A DNA stretch of 64,000 nucleotides from Clostridia bacterium (GTDB lineage Bacteria; Bacillota; Clostridia; CAKSNL01; HGM11501), in NCBI GenBank assembly GCA_045545475.1, contig JAZQAZ010000047.1, positions 55,269 to 119,268 on the forward strand, in the 5' to 3' direction. The stretch's first letter is position 1, and each line of letters opens with the position of its first letter. Shown one piece after another: positions 16,225-24,874 of this stretch. A program made the translations under genes and the position numbers. The notes below the pieces were generated by a model. It was not told where the DNA came from. It ran no database searches and saw only the letters and a list, made by a program, of their open reading frames with translations.

Positions 16225-16809
16225 ATGTCTAAGAAAACTGAGAGAAATACTAAAGGCAAAATAATAAAAGCGGCGTGGGATTTATTCTACGAGCAGGGCT
16301 ATGACGATACCACCGTTGAGGAGATAATTGAGCGTTCGGGCACATCCAAGGGCTCATTTTATCACTATTTTGAGGGAAAGGATGCACTTTTTGAATCCCT
16401 TTCCTATATATTCGACGATGAGTACAGCCGCCTTCAGGAGAATATGCCGGAAGAACAAAACGCCTTTGATAAGCTTTTATACTTAAATGAAAAGCTTTTT
16501 TCCATGATTGAAAACAGAATAGATATTGAGCTTTTGAAAAGACTCTATTCCACACAGCTTGTAACAAAGGGGGAGAAGCACCTTCTTGACAGTAAGAGGG
16601 TTTACTATAAGCTTCTTAAAAAGATTGTGACAGATGGGCAGGAGAAAGGCGAACTTAAAGAAGATATGTCGGTAAACGAAATCGTAAAGCTTTATGCAAT
16701 GTGCGAAAGGGCACTTTTGTATGACTGGTGCCTCTGTAACGGAGAGTATTCATTAAAGCAATATGCTAAAAAAACAATGCCGATGTTTCTTAAGGAAATT
16801 AAAGTTTAA
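16225..16809 (+). CDS. TetR family transcriptional regulator
   Basis: N-terminal HTH GYDDTTVEEI...SKGSFYHYF. Confidence 0.92.
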   Translation: MSKKTERNTKGKIIKAAWDLFYEQGYDDTTVEEIIERSGTSKGSFYHYFEGKDALFESLSYIFDDEYSRLQENMPEEQNAFDKLLYLNEKLFSMIENRIDIELLKRLYSTQLVTKGEKHLLDSKRVYYKLLKKIVTDGQEKGELKEDMSVNEIVKLYAMCERALLYDWCLCNGEYSLKQYAKKTMPMFLKEIKV

Positions 16810-16996
16810 ATAAAAGTAAATTTTCAGTATTGTTTTTGGTACAGGTATATAAGCCTTGTACTGCAAGGAGTATATTGAATTTTAAGGGAACTTAGTATAG
16901 ACTGCAGTCTGTAATGAGTTCCCTATTGATTTTTATAAAAAAGTGTGTTATAATCCCAAGGTAGCTAAAATTGGAAATAAGAAAAGGAGAATGAAA

Positions 16997-18604
16997 ATGG
17001 ACATTTTAGCATTTGTACTTTACTTTGTTGCCATGATAGGCATAGGTTTGTTTTTCTTTATAAAATCAAAAGCTGTTACAGAAAAGGACTATTTCCTTGG
17101 CGGAAGAGCTATGGGCCCCTGGGTTACAGCAATGAGCGCTCAGGCATCAGATATGAGTGCCTGGCTTTTAATGGGTCTTCCCGGAAGCATCCTTGCCTTC
17201 GGCTTCGGTCAGGCGTGGATCGGTATTGGTCTTGCAATAGGTACTGCGGCTAACTGGATTTTGGTTGCAAAGCGTCTTCGTAAGTTTTCCAAGGCTTCCG
17301 GCGATGCAATCACACTTCCTCAGTATCTTTCCAACCGTTTCCTTGCAAAGAGCCATACTTTAAGCATCATCTGTGCAGTAGTGTTCCTTGTATGCTTCAC
17401 AATTTATGTTGCTTCTGCTTTTGTTGCAGGTGCAGGCGTATTTACAACACTTGTTCCCACACTTACAACAGAAACTGCAATGCTCATCTTTGCGGCAATC
17501 GTTTTGGTATATACCTTCCTTGGCGGCTTTAATGCCGTTTGCTGGACGGACTTTTTCCAGGGACTTTTGATGCTTGCTGCACTTTTGATCGTTCCCATTG
17601 CCATCGTTTTTGTAAAGGATCTTGATCCTGCCGCAATAAACACTGTATATTCCGGTCCCAACGGCGAACAGTTTACTTTTGTTGCTAACTTCTTCAATGC
17701 AAGCTGGCAGGATATTCTTTCCGGTCTCGGCTGGGGTCTCGGATATTTCGGTATGCCTCACATCATCGTAAGATTTATGGCTATTGAAAAGCCTTCTATG
17801 GTTAAAAAGAGTGCAACTGTTGCTATCATCTGGGTTGTACTTTCCCTTGCGGCAACAATTATGATAGGATATCTCGGAAGAATGTTTGTATATGCTGACG
17901 GAACAGACCTTTCAAAGGCACTTCTCGAAACAGGAAATCAGTCACTTATTTTCGTTGAACTTGCCCGTGATGTATTCCCCGCATTTATCGCAGGATTGTT
18001 GCTTGCGGCAATAATCGCGGCATCCATGTCAACTGCAGACTCTCAGCTTCTCGTTGCGGCATCTTCCTTCTCAAGCGATATCTATAAGCCCATCGTAAGA
18101 AAAAATGCATCCAACAAGGAAATGCTCTGGGTAAGCCGTATAATCGTTCTTGTAATTGCTGTTGTTGCATACTTTATCGCAAGCAGTGAAGGAAAAGCTG
18201 CTCAGGCTATTATGAACCTTGTGTCAAATGCATGGGGTATCTTCGGTGCGGCATTCGGACCTGCAGTGCTCTTATCTCTCTTCTGGAAGAGATTTACATA
18301 CAAGGGTGCTGTTGCCGGTATAATTACCGGTGCACTGGTAGATATGTGTTGGTTATGGATGCCTATTTTCAAAACTCAGACAATTAGTGCGAATATTCAC
18401 GGAATAAACGGAGTATCAGAAGGAACTATTGATGTACTTACTAATATCGGAACCTTGGGCTCTTTAACAGGAATTTACGAAATTATTCCCGGCTTTATCA
18501 TTGGCGGTTTGGTTGCTGTAATCGTTACATTAATCGATAAAAAGCCCTCTGCCGAGGTTGAAGCAATTTACGAAAAGGCAACAGATAATTCAATCGACGA
18601 CTAA
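16997..18604 (+). CDS. putP: Sodium:proline symporter (SSS family)
   Basis: DYFLGGR, ASDMSAWLLMGLPG, GYFGMPH and MSTADSQLL motifs; RBS AGGAG at 16985. Confidence 0.88.
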   Translation: MDILAFVLYFVAMIGIGLFFFIKSKAVTEKDYFLGGRAMGPWVTAMSAQASDMSAWLLMGLPGSILAFGFGQAWIGIGLAIGTAANWILVAKRLRKFSKASGDAITLPQYLSNRFLAKSHTLSIICAVVFLVCFTIYVASAFVAGAGVFTTLVPTLTTETAMLIFAAIVLVYTFLGGFNAVCWTDFFQGLLMLAALLIVPIAIVFVKDLDPAAINTVYSGPNGEQFTFVANFFNASWQDILSGLGWGLGYFGMPHIIVRFMAIEKPSMVKKSATVAIIWVVLSLAATIMIGYLGRMFVYADGTDLSKALLETGNQSLIFVELARDVFPAFIAGLLLAAIIAASMSTADSQLLVAASSFSSDIYKPIVRKNASNKEMLWVSRIIVLVIAVVAYFIASSEGKAAQAIMNLVSNAWGIFGAAFGPAVLLSLFWKRFTYKGAVAGIITGALVDMCWLWMPIFKTQTISANIHGINGVSEGTIDVLTNIGTLGSLTGIYEIIPGFIIGGLVAVIVTLIDKKPSAEVEAIYEKATDNSIDD

Positions 18605-18607
18605 AAT

Positions 18608-18639
18608 AAAGGCTGTCTTCGGACAGCCTTGTTTTTTTT
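18608..18639 (+). terminator. Intrinsic terminator
   Basis: AAGGCTGTC-TTCG-GACAGCCTT plus T tract. Confidence 0.85.
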
Positions 18640-18688
18640 ATAGATATATGGTATACTAATAATATCTTTTAATATTAAGGAGTATTTT

Positions 18689-19357
18689 ATGCTTTATCTT
18701 ATATCTTTTCTTGAAGGAATAATAACCTTTATATCGCCCTGTATGCTTCCGATGCTTCCGGTCTACGTTTCCTATTTTGCGGGAAACGATAAGGAAAAGG
18801 GAATGGGGAAAACATTTGTAAACGCCCTTGGCTTTGTTTTTGGCTTTACAGTGGTTTTCATCCTTATGGGTGCCTTTGCCGGTGCTGTGGGTGGCTTTTT
18901 AAGAAAATATCAGATTGCCGTAAATATTATAACCGGCCTCGTCGTAATATTTTTCGGGCTTAACTTTATGGGAGTATTTAAGCTTAATATCTTCCGCGGA
19001 ATGAGCGGAAGAATGGATAATAAGGAGCTGGGCTTTTTTTCATCCCTTCTTTTCGGAATAATCTTTTCCATAGGATGGACGCCCTGCGTCGGGACATTTT
19101 TAGGCTCTGCATTAATGATGGCATCAGGCTCCGGAAGCACGTCAAAGGGCATATTTATGCTTATAGCATACTCTCTCGGCCTTGGCATTCCCTTTATTGC
19201 AAGTGCCCTTTTAATTGATAAGCTTAAAGGTGCTTTTGATTTTATTAAAAGGCACTATAACATAATAAACATTGTTTCGGGAATCCTTTTAATAATAGTC
19301 GGTATTTTAATGATGACCGGGCTTATGGGAATATTTTTGGGAATGTTAGGTGATTGA
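18689..19357 (+). CDS. ccdA: CcdA/DsbD-family thiol:disulfide transporter
   Basis: SPCMLPMLP and WTPCVG motifs; multiple TM helices. Confidence 0.88.
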   Translation: MLYLISFLEGIITFISPCMLPMLPVYVSYFAGNDKEKGMGKTFVNALGFVFGFTVVFILMGAFAGAVGGFLRKYQIAVNIITGLVVIFFGLNFMGVFKLNIFRGMSGRMDNKELGFFSSLLFGIIFSIGWTPCVGTFLGSALMMASGSGSTSKGIFMLIAYSLGLGIPFIASALLIDKLKGAFDFIKRHYNIINIVSGILLIIVGILMMTGLMGIFLGMLGD

Positions 19358-19358
19358 T

Positions 19359-19943
19359 ATGAAAAAAGAATTAAAGTGGATAATTGCTGTACTGGTATTT
19401 GCACTTTTCATAGGCGGTGCATATCTTCTCTATGATAAGCTTGGGGAGAAATTTGCCCCCGACCGCCTGGCAGAAAGCACTCCGTCGGAGGAAACCACAA
19501 AAGAAGATTCCCTTCCGGAAGAAACTGAAAAAGCCCCGGACTTTACGGTGTATGACAGAGAAGGAAACGAGGTAACCCTCTACGGTATGAGAGGAAAGCC
19601 CACGGTTGTGAACTTTTGGGCAAGCTGGTGTCCGCCCTGCAAGGAGGAGCTTCCCGATTTTGAAAAGATGTATATTGAAATGGGCGATGAAGTTAACTTC
19701 ATGATGGTTGATATGACGGACGGCTATCAGGAAACAAGAGAAAAGGGCGAAGCATATATAGCTGAACAGGGCTTTACGTTTCCTTTGTATTTTGATCTCG
19801 ACCAGAATGCGGCATACACCTACGGAATACAAAGCCTTCCTACAACGGTTTTCTACGACAAAGAAGGAAATATGATAACCTATGCCATGGGAATGATAGA
19901 CTATGAAACCTTATTAAAGGGAATAAAAATGATAACGGAGTAA
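19359..19943 (+). CDS. TlpA/ResA-like thioredoxin-family disulfide reductase
   Basis: NFWASWCPPC motif; N-terminal TM anchor. Confidence 0.9.
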   Translation: MKKELKWIIAVLVFALFIGGAYLLYDKLGEKFAPDRLAESTPSEETTKEDSLPEETEKAPDFTVYDREGNEVTLYGMRGKPTVVNFWASWCPPCKEELPDFEKMYIEMGDEVNFMMVDMTDGYQETREKGEAYIAEQGFTFPLYFDLDQNAAYTYGIQSLPTTVFYDKEGNMITYAMGMIDYETLLKGIKMITE

Positions 19944-19949
19944 TCGGGA

Positions 19950-20348
19950 ATGAAAAAAATAAGTGTGATCGCTGCCTTAATGCCATTATTGGTGTGGTCC
20001 ATCTGGTTTCTTGCTGTAAGAGAAAGCTTAGATGTGCTGATACTTTCAGGTGCAAACAAGATGGCGTTTTTTATGAGTGTATTTTTTGCGATATTCAGTG
20101 CAGTTTTTATAAAAAAGTTAAAATGGTATTATCTGTGCAATTTGATTTTTATCACCACGCACGGAATCGGATTTTATAAAGCGACCACGGCGTATTTGCT
20201 GAGAGTCAATAATCAGATTCTTTTGGGAACACAGAAGGATGCTTCGCAGGCTGTTTTGGTATATACATTAATAATTATGTTGGTATGTGCCTTTGTAAAA
20301 ACTTATCTTGAGAGCTACGAATATATGTCAGGTGGGAAAAAGAAATAA
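19950..20348 (+). CDS. Hypothetical membrane protein
   Basis: 132-aa ORF with about four hydrophobic segments, in operon context. Confidence 0.65.
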   Translation: MKKISVIAALMPLLVWSIWFLAVRESLDVLILSGANKMAFFMSVFFAIFSAVFIKKLKWYYLCNLIFITTHGIGFYKATTAYLLRVNNQILLGTQKDASQAVLVYTLIIMLVCAFVKTYLESYEYMSGGKKK

Positions 20349-20380
20349 AATAAAAGGGCAAAAGCCCTTTTATTTTATTT
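20343..20380. terminator. Bidirectional terminator
   Basis: AAATAAAATAAAAGGGC-AAAA-GCCCTTTTATTTTATTT between convergent genes. Confidence 0.75.
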
Positions 20381-21152
20381 CTTTCATATATGCTTTAGGA
20401 GTTTTGCCAAACTCTGACTTAAAGCTTCTGTAAAAAGTCCTTATGGAATTAAAGCCTGAATCAAAGGCTGCTTCCGTAAGGCTTTTTCCTTCGTGCATTA
20501 AAATAAGAGCATTTTTAAGCCTCACGGTTGAAAGATATTTTGAAAAGCTTATCTTAAACGATGAAGAGAAATATCTTGAAAGATAGTTTTCGTTGTAGCC
20601 AAGGCTCTGGGAAAGATTTTTTAATGAGAGGTCCTCGCGAAAGTGGTCATAAATATGGGTTAAAATCATAGAGGAGAGGGAGGGATCCGTTGGGGAAGAG
20701 CCGCTGCAAAAGTCAATATTTTCTGCAACCAGCCCTAAAATTGTGTAAATATATCCCTTTTGCAGAATTTCGTTTTCTTTTGTGCCGTTTAATAATTTTA
20801 TATATCGTTTAATTTTTGAAACAGCCTTTTTCTCTGTAATGAAGGGATTTAAGGTTGTTTTGTTTTTTACAAATTCCGTAAATTCACCGCAAAGATAAAT
20901 TGGGATGATGAGTACGGATGATTTTGAATAGTCCTTTGTGGCATAAGCGTGGGAATCGAAGCTTAAAACAACGCACATTTCTCCCTTTTTAAGCTTTCTG
21001 TAGTGGGAGTTTACGGTAATGTCCATTTCACCGTCGTCCACAAAATAAAGCTCTAAATGGGAGTGAAACCCCGAAATAGAGGAATCGTTTTCATATTCTT
21101 TATAAAACAGAAAGTTCTGCTTTTCCCGTTCAATTCTGAAAATGGCGTCCAT
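20370..21152 (-). CDS. AraC family regulator (cupin sensor)
   Basis: FHSHLEL cupin; C-terminal SGFNSIRTFYRSFKSEFGKTP. Confidence 0.92.
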   Translation of the reverse strand: MDAIFRIEREKQNFLFYKEYENDSSISGFHSHLELYFVDDGEMDITVNSHYRKLKKGEMCVVLSFDSHAYATKDYSKSSVLIIPIYLCGEFTEFVKNKTTLNPFITEKKAVSKIKRYIKLLNGTKENEILQKGYIYTILGLVAENIDFCSGSSPTDPSLSSMILTHIYDHFREDLSLKNLSQSLGYNENYLSRYFSSSFKISFSKYLSTVRLKNALILMHEGKSLTEAAFDSGFNSIRTFYRSFKSEFGKTPKAYMKEIK

Positions 21153-21272
21153 AAAAAGCTCCTTTAGTAAGAAAGTGGCATAAAATAATAGTATTCTGGC
21201 AAGAAAGCGCCAAAAAATTACGCTATAATTATAGCCGATTGTTTGATTTAAGTCAAGGGAAGGGAGAAATTT

Positions 21273-22205
21273 ATGAGTTTTTTGGTTTTTCTTTGTGCTG
21301 TATTAAAAAATGCCATATACGGACTTTCGGTGTTTTTTGTGGGAGCATTAACTGATAATGTGGATGTTCTTGATGTTCTGGCATTAAGATACATTATAAG
21401 CTTTGCCGCGCTTTCGGTTTTAAGAGCCTTAAAAGTTATTAAAATAAAAGTAAGGCTTAAAGACTTTTTTGATAAAAGCTCCGGAGCATGCGATGTGCTT
21501 TTAGCCGGCTTGTTTGAGCCTTGTCTTTATATGTTTTTTGAAACCGTGGGCATATCTATGACAACGGGAATTACGGCAGGTGTAATTATTTCTTTAAGTC
21601 CGGTGGCAAACTGCTTTACCGAAGCCGTTGTTCTTAAAGTAAAAGCGGGAGCACTTAAAATATCCTTCCTTATCGTGGGGATTATCGGTGCTTTGTATAT
21701 TGCGATAAAGGGCGGAAGTGCCGGCGGAGAGGATAAACCGCTCGGTATCTTGTTTATGTTTCTTGCAATTATTGTGGGCGCATTTTTCTCATCCTTTTCA
21801 TCAAAATCTTCAAAAAGGTTTTCTTCAATTGAAATCACTTACATAACTGTTGCAATGGGGCTTATTCTCTTTAACGGCGTAAATGTGGTAAGACATCTGA
21901 TAGCAGGAAGCATAGAAAGCTATTTTGTACCGTACTTTACCCCTGAAAATATTAAAGGCTTTATTTTCCTCGGCATAATATCAACTTGCCTTGCAACCTT
22001 TATGAATAACTATGCCTTATCTAAAGTAACGCCTACCACAATGGCGGCATTTGGCGGAATTTCCACATTGGTAACAGTTCTTGGCGGAGTATTTTTAGCC
22101 GGAGAAAATATATATTACTATCATTATATAGGCTTTGCACTTATTCTTTTCAGAATGATTTCCGTAAGTGTGCTTGATATAAATAAAAGCCGTAAACATT
22201 CTTGA
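21273..22205 (+). CDS. DMT/EamA family transporter
   Basis: About 10 TM helices; EPCLYMFFETVG segment. Confidence 0.85.
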   Translation: MSFLVFLCAVLKNAIYGLSVFFVGALTDNVDVLDVLALRYIISFAALSVLRALKVIKIKVRLKDFFDKSSGACDVLLAGLFEPCLYMFFETVGISMTTGITAGVIISLSPVANCFTEAVVLKVKAGALKISFLIVGIIGALYIAIKGGSAGGEDKPLGILFMFLAIIVGAFFSSFSSKSSKRFSSIEITYITVAMGLILFNGVNVVRHLIAGSIESYFVPYFTPENIKGFIFLGIISTCLATFMNNYALSKVTPTTMAAFGGISTLVTVLGGVFLAGENIYYYHYIGFALILFRMISVSVLDINKSRKHS

Positions 22206-22258
22206 CTTTAAGGCTTTTCTGTGCTAAAATCGTAGAAAATATCAGAGGAGGTTTTTTT

Positions 22259-23866
22259 ATGAAAGCGGCAATCGTCCAGGCACCTTATTCAAGGGATTTA
22301 TCAAAGTCCGACGAATATTTTGATTATAAAATAAACTTACTTAAAGAAATGAAAGACGATGTTGACATCATCGTTTTGCCGGAGTATTCAGATGTACCCT
22401 GTGCAACCACTAATTTGGAGGAAACACTTTTTTATCACGATAAATATATTGACACTCTTTTATCGGAATGTGAAAAGACGGCAAAAAGATGTAATGCCCT
22501 CCTTTTCGTAAACGCTCTTTCAAAGGAAGAGGGCGGATATAGAAACACTACCTATGTTTACGGAAGAAGCGGAGAACTTCTCGGCAAATACTTTAAGAAG
22601 CACCTGCCTCCGCTGGAGCTTGAAACATTGGCACTTGACAGCGACTACACCTTTACATATTCCGAGCCTTTCACAATGGAAATCGAAGGCTTGCGCTATG
22701 CATTTTTAACCTGCTATGACTTTTATTTCTATGAGGCAACAGCTCGTATTGCAAGGGAAAATGTGGATGTTATTATCGGTTGTTCACTTCAGAGAAGCGA
22801 CACACATTCTGCCATAGAAATTATGTGCCGTCACCTTGCATATAACACCAACGCCTATGTGCTTCGTTCATCCGTAAGCTTTTCTGAGGATTCCGACATC
22901 TGCGGCGCAAGTATGGCGGTTACGCCCAAGGGGGATGTACTTCTTAATATGAAGGGCAAATTCGGCGTAGGCTATGCAGAGTTTGATCCTTCCGACAAAT
23001 ACTTAAAGCCTGCAGGCTTTGGTAGAGGGGATGCACCCCACTATGAGTATATCGAATACGGAAGAAAGCCCTGGCAGTACAGAAGCGGCGGAAGTGCCAT
23101 TGTTCCCTTTGAGGAATATATGCCCTATCCCAGAGTTTGTGCCCATCGTGGATTTTCCTTTGCTGCTCCCGAAAACACAATGCCTGCCTACGGTGCGGCA
23201 ATCGGTATGGGGGCGGACGAGATAGAGCTTGACCTCTGGCCCACAACAGACCACGAACTTATAAGCTGTCACGATAAATTCCTGCACAGAATTTCAAACG
23301 GAGAGGGCCCCGTTACGGATAAATCCCTTGCCGAGCTTAAGGCCCTTGATTTCGGTTGTAAGTTCAGCGACAGCTTCAAGGGCTTGAAGCTTGTTACCTT
23401 TGAGGAAATATTAAAGCATTTTTCCGGTCACACAATAATGAACGTTCACTTAAAGCCCATGAACGAAGAGGAATTCCCGGACTGGTATGTGGATAGACTT
23501 CTCTATTTAATAAGAAAATACGAGGCAGAACGCCACGTTTATCTGATGGTTGAAGAGGATAAGCAGATCGCACACTTCAAGCGCATCGCTCCCGAAATTC
23601 CCATCTGCGTGGGACACAATAAAAATGATCCATGGGGAATTGTTGACAGAGCAATAAGGCTTGGTGCAGAAAAAGTACAGTTCTATAGACCTTACATTAA
23701 TCAGGAAATGATAGATAAGGCCCGTGCCAACGGAATTATCTGTAACCTTTTCCATACAGACGACCCCGATGAAGCAATTGAATTTATTAAAATGGGAATT
23801 GACACAATCCTTACCAACAACTTCTGTATAGTGCAAAGGGCGGTAAACGATTATTTAGGTAAATAA
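22259..23866 (+). CDS. Fusion of carbon-nitrogen hydrolase and glycerophosphodiester phosphodiesterase
   Basis: Nitrilase triad LPEY / KKHL / TCYD; GDPD motifs AHRG, PENT, IELD, CHD; RBS GAGGAGG. Confidence 0.88.
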   Translation: MKAAIVQAPYSRDLSKSDEYFDYKINLLKEMKDDVDIIVLPEYSDVPCATTNLEETLFYHDKYIDTLLSECEKTAKRCNALLFVNALSKEEGGYRNTTYVYGRSGELLGKYFKKHLPPLELETLALDSDYTFTYSEPFTMEIEGLRYAFLTCYDFYFYEATARIARENVDVIIGCSLQRSDTHSAIEIMCRHLAYNTNAYVLRSSVSFSEDSDICGASMAVTPKGDVLLNMKGKFGVGYAEFDPSDKYLKPAGFGRGDAPHYEYIEYGRKPWQYRSGGSAIVPFEEYMPYPRVCAHRGFSFAAPENTMPAYGAAIGMGADEIELDLWPTTDHELISCHDKFLHRISNGEGPVTDKSLAELKALDFGCKFSDSFKGLKLVTFEEILKHFSGHTIMNVHLKPMNEEEFPDWYVDRLLYLIRKYEAERHVYLMVEEDKQIAHFKRIAPEIPICVGHNKNDPWGIVDRAIRLGAEKVQFYRPYINQEMIDKARANGIICNLFHTDDPDEAIEFIKMGIDTILTNNFCIVQRAVNDYLGK

Positions 23867-23886
23867 AAAAATCCGTGAGTGAAAGC

Positions 23887-24765
23887 TCACGGGTTTCTTT
23901 TATTTCTGAATTTAAGCGGTGTTTTGCCGAAGCGTTTTTTAAATGCCGTTGAAAAATAGTCAACATTATGAAAGCCTGAATCAAGGGCGATATAGCGGAC
24001 GGAATGATTGGTGTCCCTTAAAAGCTCTGCGGCACGCTCTAAACGGCACTCTCTTATTTCCTCCGAAATGCCGATGCCCTTGACCTTTATAAAAAGATGC
24101 TGAAGGTATGAAATGCTTAAATGGCAATGGTCGGCAATATCGGAAAGGGTAATATCTTCGGTAAAATGTTCCTTTATATAGTCTATGGCATCAAAGATAT
24201 AAGGACTCATATTCTCACGGGCAAAAAGGGCGCTTATGGCGTTTTCATAATGAGGCGATGTTGTTATATGTTCTTTTAAGAGAGCGGATAAAACCTTAAG
24301 AAAGGTTTTAAGGGATGCTTCTTCGTCATCGGTTATATGTAAGAGTGCGTCATTATGAAGCGAGGGTATATCGGTTTTGAGCCTTTTTGATAAAAGCGAT
24401 GCGGTTTTTTCTCTTAAAGTCCCCTTTATGCCGGTAACGGAAACGATGGAAAAAAGCGTGTTTTCTATAAAAATCGGCAAGGATATTTCCGTGACTCCCG
24501 CATAGCAGGTGACCTTTTGTATTTCACCGTCATTTTTCATTTCTGCTTGATATTTGTTTTTAAGATAAACGCACCTTCTCTGAAGCCCCCGGTTTTTCTT
24601 TATGGCAAGGCAGTAGGGGTTTTTGTGCCACTTCCTTATTTCCGGGAGCTTAAGTTCACTATCCGTGCAAAGCAGGTTATAGCGGTCATATATTATAATA
24701 TCCCATTGACGGCTTTTTTTAATATCTTCTATATATTCTTTTATTAAAACGGCACAATCTTTCAT
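23887..24765 (-). CDS. AraC family regulator with PocR-like sensory domain
   Basis: HKNPYC...C and CYAGVTE PocR-like motifs; C-terminal AraC HTH. Confidence 0.88.
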   Translation of the reverse strand: MKDCAVLIKEYIEDIKKSRQWDIIIYDRYNLLCTDSELKLPEIRKWHKNPYCLAIKKNRGLQRRCVYLKNKYQAEMKNDGEIQKVTCYAGVTEISLPIFIENTLFSIVSVTGIKGTLREKTASLLSKRLKTDIPSLHNDALLHITDDEEASLKTFLKVLSALLKEHITTSPHYENAISALFARENMSPYIFDAIDYIKEHFTEDITLSDIADHCHLSISYLQHLFIKVKGIGISEEIRECRLERAAELLRDTNHSVRYIALDSGFHNVDYFSTAFKKRFGKTPLKFRNKRNP

Positions 24766-24874
24766 AAATACCTCATAAAAACTAAAAAATAAAGCATAAA
24801 ATCAAAGTTTTTTCTCTATTATAATGCTATACTGAATTTAAGTCAAGAAAAATTAATCGAAAGAAGGGTGTTTT

